Shown here: positions 1-8,730 of the stretch, one piece after another
Numbering within the stretch: position 1 is the stretch's first letter
How the letters are laid out: every line of letters starts with the position of its first letter
Assembly (NCBI GenBank): GCA_020832185.1
Contig: JAFIFE010000023.1
Span: 249,301 to 281,300, forward strand
DNA: 32,000 nt
DNA from: Alkalibacterium sp.
Lineage (GTDB): Bacteria; Bacillota; Bacilli; Lactobacillales; Carnobacteriaceae_A
Direction: 5' to 3'
The notes under the pieces: generated by a model
Databases searched by the model: none
What the model saw: only the letters and a program-made list of their open reading frames with translations
What the model was told of the DNA's origin: nothing
Translations under genes and position numbers: made by a program

Positions 1-164
1 TTTTTTAGTACCATAATGGGAAAAGGTGAACACTATCGCACAATAATTGATGGCCTTGCTCTCTAATAGCATAGGATTAACATTATTGAATCGTATGTAT
101 TTTTATTCTTTTAATCACTGACATCAATAACTCTCTTTCACAATCTATTTTTAATTAGAAACAA

Positions 165-193
165 TTGACTAGATTACGTATTAAGGATAAACT
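165..193 (+). promoter_or_regulatory. candidate sigma-A-type promoter of the diguanylate cyclase / pilus operon
   Basis: TTGACT (165-170), 17-nt spacer, TAAACT (188-193). It lies ~55 nt upstream of the ATG at 250, which has a GGAGG RBS at 238-242. Confidence 0.45.
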
Positions 194-249
194 AGCAATA
201 ATGAGAAATTAATGATAAAGCATTCACAATACGTGCTGGAGGATGATAA

Positions 250-1986
250 ATGATTTCAACAGTTAAAAAGAGTGGAATATGGGTGGGTTATCTCATTTTT
301 TCACCGTTATTATTTTATATCGTTTATCGCTATTCATCACCCGTCCCAGATTTTTTGAGTGTTGAATATGGGATATTCCTTGGGCTAAGTATACTAGTAG
401 CGTTGTATCCGATTCAGACCGAAGATTCGATTCTGTTTTTGATTAATGGGGTCTCTCTTTCTGTATTTATAATCTTTGGACTTTTTGCAGAACTCATACT
501 AACGACTATTGCTCTCCTGGCATTGATGGTGCGTTCTAATATCAAATGGGATGAACATTACAGATACCCGCTTAACTTACTGATGTTTCAATTACTTTCA
601 GTATTATCTGCCGGGGCTTACTATCTATTCTTGCCTCTGATTGCTCCGATATCTGCTTTTGATCATAGCCTGACAGCACTGGTCATCTATATGTTTGTCC
701 ATTTAGTGGGGAATCAGATAGCTATGTACGTTATTAACAGGTATTACTTTGGTGACAAAGATACCAAGCTGATCGATGATTATCTGAATTTTTCCATCTA
801 TACAAGTCTCTATATCGTCCCTGTTTCATTTATTTTAATTTATTTATATGAAGAGTTGAATATAACTGGTGCACTAATTGGGGCCCTCCCATTTATTACG
901 ATTACATTAGGTATCAATTATTTTTATAAGAGCAAGATGAATAATACATATTTAAAAAAAGTGAATGTTCTTGCTCAGGATCTGACTGAGAAGAAAAAAA
1001 GCAATGAAGTCATTGAAACCTATTTAAAATCGCTAGCTACAATCTTTCCAGTTGATGCCTTATCTTATTTTACGGTGTCATCAAAAGAAGACTTGCATCG
1101 CGTCGTCGTTTATCAGGAGAAAAAAGGGATACAGACGATGAATGAAGAATTCATGCTAACAGATCAGTCTATCTTAAAAAAGGCGGTAGGATCAAAAGAA
1201 ATCCTTTATTATAGTCGGTCGAGTGACTGGAAAAAGTATTGTATCAATGATATTACTTACCCGGCTGAGAGCGCTCTAGTTCTCCCAGTCATGCAGCGTG
1301 ACGGGGTGACGGGACTGATACTCCTGAGCCACAGAACTAAGAATATGTACAATGATATGCTGGTCTCTTTAATACGGATCCTGCATCAGTACTTTTCGAT
1401 TGCTTTGGACAACGCTTCCTATTTTGAACAACTGGAAGAGAACAGCGAAACAGACTACTTAACTAAATTACCTAATCTTAAAGCATTTTCTAAGAAACTT
1501 GAAGAAGCTTTACATGGTGATCAAGAGCGAGTCTCTTTGATTGTCTTGGATCTGGATCATTTTAAAAAGACCAATGACACCTATGGTCATCAAGCAGGGA
1601 ATGAAGTACTCACACAAGTGGCTGAACTGTTAGAGATTTTTCTAAAGAGGGATGTACTGATTGCCAGGTATGGCGGAGAAGAGTTTGTTGTTTTACTGCG
1701 GGGGTATTCAAAGCAGGATGCTGCTGAACTTGCAGAAACCATACGCTGTGAAATCGAGCGGCACGCCTTCAAAATCAATCAATCCATTATAGATAAAGAT
1801 ACGGTCACGGTTCATGTGACGGCCAGTATGGGTGTAGCAACCTATCCGGAAGACTGTAAGGAAGCAGATGAGTTAATTACTCTAGCTGACAAAGCAATGT
1901 ACATCGGGTCCAAACAAAGAGGACGAAACCGTGTGACCGTTGCAAAAAAAGGAAGTTATCAAAATGCAGGCAAGAAAATATTTTAA
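250..1986 (+). CDS. membrane-anchored diguanylate cyclase (multi-TM N-terminus, GAF-like middle domain, GGDEF domain with GGEEF active site)
   Basis: 578 aa. The first ~230 aa are hydrophobic with several predicted TM helices. The middle region ends in a GAF-like pattern (ALVLPVMQRDGVTGLILLSH...IALDNASYFEQLEE). The C-terminus has GGDEF hallmarks: DYLTKLPN, LDLDHFKKTNDTYGHQAGNEVL and RYGGEEFVVLL. The usual RxxD I-site position reads KRDV. Confidence 0.92.
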   Translation: MISTVKKSGIWVGYLIFSPLLFYIVYRYSSPVPDFLSVEYGIFLGLSILVALYPIQTEDSILFLINGVSLSVFIIFGLFAELILTTIALLALMVRSNIKWDEHYRYPLNLLMFQLLSVLSAGAYYLFLPLIAPISAFDHSLTALVIYMFVHLVGNQIAMYVINRYYFGDKDTKLIDDYLNFSIYTSLYIVPVSFILIYLYEELNITGALIGALPFITITLGINYFYKSKMNNTYLKKVNVLAQDLTEKKKSNEVIETYLKSLATIFPVDALSYFTVSSKEDLHRVVVYQEKKGIQTMNEEFMLTDQSILKKAVGSKEILYYSRSSDWKKYCINDITYPAESALVLPVMQRDGVTGLILLSHRTKNMYNDMLVSLIRILHQYFSIALDNASYFEQLEENSETDYLTKLPNLKAFSKKLEEALHGDQERVSLIVLDLDHFKKTNDTYGHQAGNEVLTQVAELLEIFLKRDVLIARYGGEEFVVLLRGYSKQDAAELAETIRCEIERHAFKINQSIIDKDTVTVHVTASMGVATYPEDCKEADELITLADKAMYIGSKQRGRNRVTVAKKGSYQNAGKKIF

Positions 1987-2392
1987 GGATAATAATGAAT
2001 CTGGCGTGACCTTGGTCGAACTGCTTGCAGCTATAACGATCCTGGCAATAATCGTTACAGCGTTTTTATCTTTCTTTATCCAAGGGGCACGTACTAATAC
2101 TCGAGCGAGTAACGTTAACGAAGCCACCTTTATTGCTCAGGAAGAGATGGAATTGATGGTTCATTACTCTCAAACCCTAACACTAGATGATGTCCGTAGT
2201 CAGGAAGGATTCAATGGGGGACCTGTTCCTTTATCCAAATCGTTCGTGAACACAGATGGCTACAGTGTTAAAACTGAAATAAGTTTAGTGAATAACGAAG
2301 AAGTGCCTGAAAATATACACTCAGTAAAAATTACTGTCGAAAAAGATGGAACAGTACAATCAATATTAGAAAATAGACTTGCATTCGAATGA
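1964..2392 (+). CDS. prepilin-type minor pilin (N-terminal cleavage/methylation domain)
   Basis: The motif G|VTLVELLAAITILAIIVTAF (class III signal peptide, Glu at +5) follows a short basic leader MQARKYFKDNNES. ATG 1964 has an AAAGGAAG RBS, and the ORF-track TTG at 1940 is a less likely start. It overlaps the 3' end of the cyclase gene by 23 nt. Confidence 0.8.
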   Translation: MQARKYFKDNNESGVTLVELLAAITILAIIVTAFLSFFIQGARTNTRASNVNEATFIAQEEMELMVHYSQTLTLDDVRSQEGFNGGPVPLSKSFVNTDGYSVKTEISLVNNEEVPENIHSVKITVEKDGTVQSILENRLAFE

Positions 2393-2400
2393 GGAAACCT

Positions 2401-2829
2401 ATGATGAAGAAATGGATCAGAAATGAAGACGGCATCACATTAGTTGAATTGCTGGCGAGCATCGTGCTCTTATCTGTTGTTATATTATTGGCGGGGTCCG
2501 TTCATATTTTTGGTCAGACTCAGTTCATCAATCAGACAGAATCAGCTAGTCAGTCAAATGATTTGAGGTACAGTATGTCAGTCATTTCAAAAGACGTGCG
2601 AAAGGCAGAATCAGTTACGAGCGACAGCCAAAACACATTGATCGCAGATGATATTACGTATAATTGGACTGCTCCAGTCCTCTATAGAAACGGCGAGATA
2701 ATCTCAAAACAAGTCGGCTATTTTATGCCGGAAGTTACTGAAGATAAAGCGGACATAACCATTGAGAGTACATCTAACAGGCAGGGTCAAACAAAAAAAT
2801 ACCAGACCACTATATACTTCAGGAGGTGA
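2401..2829 (+). CDS. prepilin-type minor pilin
   Basis: Leader MMKKWIRNEDG|ITLVELLASIVLLSVVILLAG. ATG 2401 follows GAGGA (2391-2395). The alternative ATG at 2389 overlaps the upstream stop (ATGA) and cannot be excluded. Confidence 0.78.
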   Translation: MMKKWIRNEDGITLVELLASIVLLSVVILLAGSVHIFGQTQFINQTESASQSNDLRYSMSVISKDVRKAESVTSDSQNTLIADDITYNWTAPVLYRNGEIISKQVGYFMPEVTEDKADITIESTSNRQGQTKKYQTTIYFRR

Positions 2830-2834
2830 CAAGC

Positions 2835-4160
2835 ATGAAGATGAAAATGATCAGTTACTACAAAAAAGAAGAAGGGAGTGGCTTGATACTGGCTTTAATG
2901 ACATTAATGGTGTTATCTGTTCTAGGGGCATCATTAGGAGCGATTACAATAGGGAGCTTTAGACTCAGCAGTGTTAATCGGGATACGACGTCTGCTTATT
3001 ATATCGCTGAAGCAGGGGTCAATCAGGCTTATGAAGATATGAGAACAATCGTGTTGAATGCCTATGATGATAGTTCCTCACCCTCCAGTTTTTTACAGCA
3101 GATCGATTCGCTTTCTAGTGAATATATAGCAGGAAAACAGATTAAAAGCTTTGGCCCTCAATTTGGAGACTCTCCTGAAGCATTCGTTCATTTAGAGAAA
3201 AAAAGTGGTCCTGAGGTAAATACTACAACTTTCACTTTATCTTCTGAAGGATCGGTCGATAATAAGAGTAGGGTAGTTCAAAAAAGTTTCGATGTGACAT
3301 GGGTCGATAAAACCATACCTTCTCGGGATCCAATTATTCCTACTGGCGTTGCACTAACTATACGTAATACATTCAAAGTTGAGAGTGGGACATTACAAGG
3401 GGATTTATATCTGGATTCTATTGCTAATCGGCCGATTATAATAAATAATGCAGCCGATAACGAGTTGTTCATTGACAATCTTTATGTCAATGATTTAGAA
3501 ACCGATTTGGTTAATGGACCAGGCAATCATGCTCAAGATCATGCTCGAATATTAAACGGCAAAAAAAGAAAAACTAGTAGTAATATTGATTGGACTTTTT
3601 ATTCAAATATTTTTACTAATCTGCTAGAGCAGTCAGAATCATTTAAGACTTTAAATTCGAATTTTAATCAAACTGGCTTAGTGTTACTAAACGATAACAG
3701 TCGTCGCGGTGGTTTATTAAATTTTAGAGGTAATAATACCATTAGAATTCCTGAGGGAGAAGTCAATTTATTAGTCGATTCTCTTCAGCATAGTTGGGGA
3801 AGAACAGTTATTGAAGGAGAAGGTACACTTAACATCTACGTTAAAAATAATATTGATTTTAATTCGGGTACATTCAATCCTGATAAAAAAAATGTCAGGA
3901 TTTACCAGATTAATAATAGCACGGTTACTATAAAGGGTGGAGATAGCGTAGTATATGCATCTATAATTGCACCAAATTCTTCCACGGCTATTGAAGGAAG
4001 TGGCAAGCTGTTTGGGAATCTGATGACAAATTCAGCAAGCATCACTGGTAAAGGAATGTTAACTTATTCTCCTTTTAATTTTCATGAGGAAATCATAGAA
4101 GAGAATGATAGCGATGATACACAAGAATTAATCAAACCTCAACCGGTAGTAGAACCCTAA
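2835..4160 (+). CDS. large PilX-N-type minor pilin / putative pilus-tip protein
   Basis: The N-terminus GSGLILALMTLMVLSVLGASLG...TSAYYIAEAGVNQAYEDM resembles the PilX N-terminal domain and has no Glu+5. The C-terminal part carries repetitive Gly/Asn-rich beta-strand-like motifs (ASIIAPNSSTAIEGSGKLFGNLMTNSASITGKGMLTY). ATG 2835 lies 8 nt after AGGAGG (2821-2826). Confidence 0.65.
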   Translation: MKMKMISYYKKEEGSGLILALMTLMVLSVLGASLGAITIGSFRLSSVNRDTTSAYYIAEAGVNQAYEDMRTIVLNAYDDSSSPSSFLQQIDSLSSEYIAGKQIKSFGPQFGDSPEAFVHLEKKSGPEVNTTTFTLSSEGSVDNKSRVVQKSFDVTWVDKTIPSRDPIIPTGVALTIRNTFKVESGTLQGDLYLDSIANRPIIINNAADNELFIDNLYVNDLETDLVNGPGNHAQDHARILNGKKRKTSSNIDWTFYSNIFTNLLEQSESFKTLNSNFNQTGLVLLNDNSRRGGLLNFRGNNTIRIPEGEVNLLVDSLQHSWGRTVIEGEGTLNIYVKNNIDFNSGTFNPDKKNVRIYQINNSTVTIKGGDSVVYASIIAPNSSTAIEGSGKLFGNLMTNSASITGKGMLTYSPFNFHEEIIEENDSDDTQELIKPQPVVEP

Positions 4161-4179
4161 CAGAAAGCAAGGTGTTTTA

Positions 4180-5805
4180 ATGGCTCAAACGAAGCGTAAA
4201 AAAGTAGGTGACTTGCTAAAAGAAGCAAGCCTTATAACCGAGACACAAATTGTCGAAGCAATCGAACAGAAGAAAAACAATCAAAAACTGGGAGATGCAC
4301 TTGTTGATCAAGGCTACATAACAGAGAAACAGCTACTGGATGTACTGGAAATCCAGTTGAAACTTGAGAGTGTGTCCCTCTATCAATACCCCATTGATAA
4401 GAATCTGATTGATATTATTAGTAAAGATTTTGCACGGTCTAACTTACTTCTTCCAATATCTAGAGAAAACACCCGATTAATTGTGGCTATGAATGACCCC
4501 TTAGATTTCTATGCTATAGAAGATTTGGAGTTATCTACTGGTTATACTGTCCAGCCAGTTATTGCAGCAAAAGATGACATTCTGCAGACAATCAACCGTT
4601 TGTATGACAGTAATGATGTGGCGGTTGAAGATCTAGAAGGGGAAGATGCACCGGCTGTTCGGATTTTTGACCAGTTGCTTGAAACGGGTGTAGCTATGCA
4701 CGCATCCGATATTCACCTGGATCAGAAAGAGAATGCAGTCAGTGTCCGTTACCGTGTGGATGGCGTGTTAAGGACAGATCGCTCTCTTCCCAAAACACTG
4801 ATGAATTCACTGGTGGCTCGTATCAAAATCATGGCAGGTTTAAATATTACAGAAACCCGTTTGCCTCAGGATGGACGAATCAGTACAGATATTATGGATA
4901 AACGCGTAAATCTGCGAGTGTCGACGTTACCCACTGTGTTTGGGGAAAAAGTCGTTATTCGAATTCTCGATATGTCTAATGTGTTCAGTAAGATTGAAGA
5001 TATTGGACTTCAGGACGATACACTGAGAGACTATGAAAAATTAATCAAACAGCCTGCTGGACTGATATTACTGACGGGGCCGACAGGGTCTGGAAAATCT
5101 TCTACTTTGTATGGATCGATCAATGAGTTGAACAGTCCTGACAGTAACATCGTTACCATTGAGGACCCAGTTGAATATCAACTGGAAGGCATCAATCAAG
5201 TTCAGGTAAACGCACCAATAGGATTGACGTTTGCAGCTGGTTTGCGCTCGATTTTAAGACAAGACCCGAACATCATCATGGTAGGTGAAATTCGAGACAG
5301 AGAAACAGCGGATATTAGCATACGTGCGTCGCTGACAGGGCATTTGGTGTTCAGTACGCTTCATACAAATAGTGCAATCGAAGCTATACCCCGATTATTT
5401 GATATGGGAATCGAACCCTATTTAGTGGTTTCATCATTAAGTGGAGTTCTGGCGCAGCGCTTAGTGAAAACAATATGTAAAGACTGCTCGTATAAGCGAA
5501 AAGCAAGTCCAATCGAACGGGAAGTTTTTGAAAGACGTCATCAGACTATCGACGAAGTGACCATTGGCCGCGGATGTGACCGTTGTCGACATACAGGTTA
5601 CCGTGGACGTATGGCTATTCATGAATTGATTGTCGTGGATGATGAAATGAAACAGCAGATGATGAACCGGGCAACGATGCAGGAAATCAAGAACTACGTT
5701 AAGAACAAGGGCGTCCGCTTTTTGATTGATGATGGACTGGAAAAAATCAAGCAAGGAAAAACAACGTTGGATGAAGTATTAAGAGTTGCTTCAGCTGACG
5801 AATAG
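4180..5805 (+). CDS. pilB: type IV pilus assembly (extension) ATPase PilB/GspE family
   Basis: 541 aa. It has Walker A GPTGSGKSST, the Asp box, Walker B IIMVGEIRD and the His box TGHLVFSTLHTN. It has the tetracysteine motif CKDC...CDRC typical of PilB/GspE. The N-terminus is a T2SSE_N/MshEN-like domain. Confidence 0.95.
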   Translation: MAQTKRKKVGDLLKEASLITETQIVEAIEQKKNNQKLGDALVDQGYITEKQLLDVLEIQLKLESVSLYQYPIDKNLIDIISKDFARSNLLLPISRENTRLIVAMNDPLDFYAIEDLELSTGYTVQPVIAAKDDILQTINRLYDSNDVAVEDLEGEDAPAVRIFDQLLETGVAMHASDIHLDQKENAVSVRYRVDGVLRTDRSLPKTLMNSLVARIKIMAGLNITETRLPQDGRISTDIMDKRVNLRVSTLPTVFGEKVVIRILDMSNVFSKIEDIGLQDDTLRDYEKLIKQPAGLILLTGPTGSGKSSTLYGSINELNSPDSNIVTIEDPVEYQLEGINQVQVNAPIGLTFAAGLRSILRQDPNIIMVGEIRDRETADISIRASLTGHLVFSTLHTNSAIEAIPRLFDMGIEPYLVVSSLSGVLAQRLVKTICKDCSYKRKASPIEREVFERRHQTIDEVTIGRGCDRCRHTGYRGRMAIHELIVVDDEMKQQMMNRATMQEIKNYVKNKGVRFLIDDGLEKIKQGKTTLDEVLRVASADE

Positions 5806-5818
5806 AAGGATTGACAAA

Positions 5819-6850
5819 ATGGAAAAATTAAACGCACTACTGACAAAAGCAAATGCATTAGAAGCTTCAGACGTTCATTTGATTGCAGGATCAGCTCCTG
5901 TATTTAGAATTGATGGGAAACTGACCCCTGAAAAAGAGGATAAGCTCATGCCTGATGACACCATAGAAATGGCCCGTGCTATTTTAACTGACAAGTTATG
6001 GGATCATCTTCAAGAAAACAGAGAAGTGGATTTATCATACGGCATCCCAGGTGTTTCACGCTTTAGAGTAAATGTCTTTTATCAGCGAAGTGCAATTTCA
6101 CTTGCGTTTCGTGTGATCCCTAGAGATATCCCCTCAATAGACAGCTTAGGGATCCCATCCAAGTTGAAAGAACTGGTAAACAAGCCACATGGACTGATCC
6201 TTGTAACGGGTCCTACTGGAAGTGGGAAAAGTACCTCTTTGGCTTCAATGATCGATTACATGAATCAGGAAATGAACCGCCATATTATCACTTTGGAAGA
6301 TCCGATCGAGTACTTGCACTCCCATAATAAATCTATTATTGAGCAGAGAGAAATTGGGTTTGACACGCTTTCGTTCAAGGATGGTCTGCGTGCAAGTTTA
6401 CGACAGGATCCAGATGTCATTCTTGTAGGTGAATTAAGAGATCTGGATACGATTCAGACAGCCATTACGGCGGCAGAAACAGGTCACCTGGTCCTAGGTA
6501 CGCTACATACACAAGATACGACCGGCACAATTGACCGTATCATCGATGTCTTCCCAGTACATCAAAAAAATCAAGTTCGGACCATGCTGGCTAATGTTCT
6601 GCTTGGTGTGATGTCTCAGCGCTTGTTCCCGACGTTAAACTTTAAAGGAAGGGTAGCTGCAACTGAACTACTCATCAACAATGCGGCCATTAAAAACTTG
6701 ATCAGAAACGAAAAAATGCATCAAATTCCTAATGTTCTTCAAACTTCCAAGGACCAGGGGATGCATACAATGGAAATGAGCATGAAACAGCTGATTGCTG
6801 AAAAACTAATCAGTGAAATGGAATTACTCCCTTATATCAGCGGGAAATAA
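5819..6850 (+). CDS. pilT: twitching-motility (retraction) ATPase PilT
   Basis: It shows ASDVHL, GIPGVSRFRVN, Walker A GPTGSGKST, ILVGELRD and TGHLVLGTLHT, with no tetracysteine motif and a size of ~343 aa. ATG 5819 follows AAGGA, and the ORF-track TTG at 5786 overlaps pilB. Confidence 0.92.
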   Translation: MEKLNALLTKANALEASDVHLIAGSAPVFRIDGKLTPEKEDKLMPDDTIEMARAILTDKLWDHLQENREVDLSYGIPGVSRFRVNVFYQRSAISLAFRVIPRDIPSIDSLGIPSKLKELVNKPHGLILVTGPTGSGKSTSLASMIDYMNQEMNRHIITLEDPIEYLHSHNKSIIEQREIGFDTLSFKDGLRASLRQDPDVILVGELRDLDTIQTAITAAETGHLVLGTLHTQDTTGTIDRIIDVFPVHQKNQVRTMLANVLLGVMSQRLFPTLNFKGRVAATELLINNAAIKNLIRNEKMHQIPNVLQTSKDQGMHTMEMSMKQLIAEKLISEMELLPYISGK

Positions 6851-6866
6851 TTGAGAGGGGTGACCT

Positions 6867-8069
6867 ATGGCTACTTACGCATATAAAGCTAAGACAGGTG
6901 AAGGGAAAGTCATCAAAGGCAGACTCGAGAGCATTAGTAAGAAAGAAGCGGTCATTGAACTGGCTCAAATGAACTTGATTGTTTTCGAAGTCGAGCCTTT
7001 AAATTCATTTTTGTACAAAGACATTTACATCGGCAAACCACTCAAACAAAAAGAATTCGTCTTATTTTTGAGGCAGTTCGCCACTTTAATGGAAGCAGGG
7101 ATACTGCTGATCGACTCGATCGACTTGCTGGCTGAACAGACAGACAGCAAACCCTTAAAGGAAGCACTGGAAAATATCTCTGTAGAAGTTAAAGAAGGCA
7201 TAGCTTTGTCTGAATCGATGAAAAAACACCCTAAGCTATTTCCTGAACTGCTTGTTCAGATGATCCATTCCGGTGAAATAAGCGGGCAGCTTGAAGACGT
7301 ACTGGACCGCATGGCGACATATTTTGAGAAGCAGTACCGAATCAGACAAAAAGTATCGACGGCGTTAACCTATCCAATTGTCGTCGCCTCTTTTGCAATC
7401 ATTATCACGATTTTTCTATTAGTCTTCATCGTTCCGATATTTGGAGACCTGTTTGCATCGTTTGGAGGAGACTTGCCTTTGATTACTCAAGTCGTTTTGA
7501 GTTTCAGCGGATTTATCCAGCAGTTCTGGTGGTTATTCTTAGGGGTGTTTGTTTTATTAGGGGTCTCATTTGTTCAAATCAAAAAAAGAGAAACGGGTGC
7601 ATACTTCCTGGACAAGCTGGTACTGAGAATGCCTGTTGTCGGTTCATTTGTTCAGAAAGCGGTACTGGCACGAATGACTCAGACATTAAGTTCATTATTG
7701 AACAGTTCAGTTCCTATTTTACAGGCAGTAGAGGTAACGAGCAGTGTAGTAGGTAACCGAGTAGTCAAGGATGTCCTGCTAGAATCGAAGTCTTCATTAG
7801 AACGGGGAGAGTCTCTAGCTAAGCCGATGGAAGGGCACTGGGTATTTCCCTCGCTCATCATTCAGATGATACGTGTAGGCGAGTCAAGTGGGTCGCTTGA
7901 TGAGATGCTTAAGAAAGTCGCAGATGTTTATGACCAGGAAGTAGAAGAAGCATCAGATAAACTGCAGTCACTTATTGAACCAGTACTGATCATTTTCCTG
8001 GCAGTTATTGTGGGGCTGATCGTCCTGTCTATAGTGGTACCCATGTTCAGTTTATTCGAAACATTTTAA
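6867..8069 (+). CDS. pilC: type IV pilus platform protein PilC/GspF family
   Basis: 400 aa with two repeated cytoplasmic GspF-type domains and three hydrophobic segments. It sits directly after the two ATPases. The RBS is GAGAGGGG. Confidence 0.9.
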   Translation: MATYAYKAKTGEGKVIKGRLESISKKEAVIELAQMNLIVFEVEPLNSFLYKDIYIGKPLKQKEFVLFLRQFATLMEAGILLIDSIDLLAEQTDSKPLKEALENISVEVKEGIALSESMKKHPKLFPELLVQMIHSGEISGQLEDVLDRMATYFEKQYRIRQKVSTALTYPIVVASFAIIITIFLLVFIVPIFGDLFASFGGDLPLITQVVLSFSGFIQQFWWLFLGVFVLLGVSFVQIKKRETGAYFLDKLVLRMPVVGSFVQKAVLARMTQTLSSLLNSSVPILQAVEVTSSVVGNRVVKDVLLESKSSLERGESLAKPMEGHWVFPSLIIQMIRVGESSGSLDEMLKKVADVYDQEVEEASDKLQSLIEPVLIIFLAVIVGLIVLSIVVPMFSLFETF

Positions 8070-8099
8070 TTAATATTCATAATTAATTATTAAGAACGA

Positions 8100-8128
8100 T
8101 TGTAATAATACAAGGTATAAGCTATAAT
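8100..8128 (+). promoter_or_regulatory. near-consensus internal promoter for the major pilin gene
   Basis: TTGTAA (8100-8105), exactly 17 nt, TATAAT (8123-8128). This implies a ~180-nt AT-rich 5' leader before ATG 8315. Confidence 0.6.
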
Positions 8129-8314
8129 AATAATTAAGCAAACTGGTTAAAAGCTTATCCCAATAGGCTTTAAACTAAGTGCTTAAAATCCCAAACTCGT
8201 TTTATGCACTATATTAGTTTGAATTAGGATAAGTTGAACTACATATGTTTAGACCTGTTCATCCTATTTCACTATATGTATGCATATAACAAAAACTTAA
8301 TAGGAGGAACAAAT

Positions 8315-8677
8315 ATGAGAAACAAGATCAAACAGATTATGAACAAAGAAGAAGGCTTTACACTAGTTGAGCTTTTGGCAGTTATTGTTATTTTAGGAAT
8401 TATTGTTGCGATTGCTATTCCGGCTATAGGTAATATTGTTGGCAGAGCTTCCACTGATGCTGACAAAGCTGAATTTACACTTATCGAAGATGCAGCTAGA
8501 TTATATGATGTGGAGAATGATTTTCCTGATAATAATCAAGTTACAGTAGCAGAACTTAAAAGAACTGGTTTTTTAGAATTAAGAGACAGTGATATTGAAG
8601 ATACAGATTTTGTATCTAAAGTATCAGCAGGAACTGGTACTGATGCAGGACACACATACGAATTTTCCGGAAGATAA
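8315..8677 (+). CDS. pilA: major type IV pilin (prepilin with class III signal peptide)
   Basis: MRNKIKQIMNKEEG|FTLVELLAVIVILGIIVAIAIPAIGNIV, with a mature size of ~107 aa. It has a strong RBS (TAGGAGGA, 8301-8308). The ORF-track start at 8234 lacks an RBS and would bury the signal peptide. Confidence 0.9.
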   Translation: MRNKIKQIMNKEEGFTLVELLAVIVILGIIVAIAIPAIGNIVGRASTDADKAEFTLIEDAARLYDVENDFPDNNQVTVAELKRTGFLELRDSDIEDTDFVSKVSAGTGTDAGHTYEFSGR

Positions 8678-8701
8678 ACAAAGAAAATTTATTAGTAAGT
8701 C

Positions 8702-8730
8702 AAGAAAGACCCTACCCAAGGGTCTTTCTT
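8702..8730 (+). terminator. stem-loop between the pilin and prepilin peptidase genes (possible partial terminator or RNA-stabilising hairpin)
   Basis: AAGAAAGACCCT / AGGGTCTTTCTT forms a 12-bp stem with a 5-nt loop. There is no clean downstream U-tract, so termination is probably incomplete. Confidence 0.5.

Noticed and set aside
1-66. A possible 3' end of an upstream + strand gene. Frame 1 is open from the window edge to the TAA at 64-66 and translates as ...IMGKGEHYRTIIDGLAL.
   Set aside because: Only 21 codons are visible and they carry no recognisable motif. It cannot be told apart from a chance open frame, so it is not reported as a feature.
8234-8314. The upstream extension of the pilin ORF (track start 8234), and the overlapping ORF at 8589-8810.
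   Set aside because: The extension has no RBS and would place 27 extra residues ahead of the class III signal peptide, whereas ATG 8315 has a strong TAGGAGGA RBS. The 8589-8810 ORF spans the pilA 3' end, the hairpin and the pilD start in another frame.
8130-8314. A c-di-GMP riboswitch (GEMM-I/II) in the pilA leader, by analogy with C. difficile pilA1.
   Set aside because: The leader is very AT-rich. I could not find the GC-rich conserved helices or the GCAAA/ACGCA-type core motifs of c-di-GMP riboswitches. Only a covariance-model scan could fully exclude one.
1590-8466. Short ORFs from the track that lie inside or antisense to the cyclase and pilus genes: 1590-1778(-), 1882-2127(-), 2762-2962(+), 3278-3478(-), 5461-5754(-), 7529-7756(+), 7679-7861(-) and 8272-8466(-).
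   Set aside because: Each is fully embedded in a longer ORF with clear family motifs. None has a recognisable RBS or motif. They are typical shadow ORFs.
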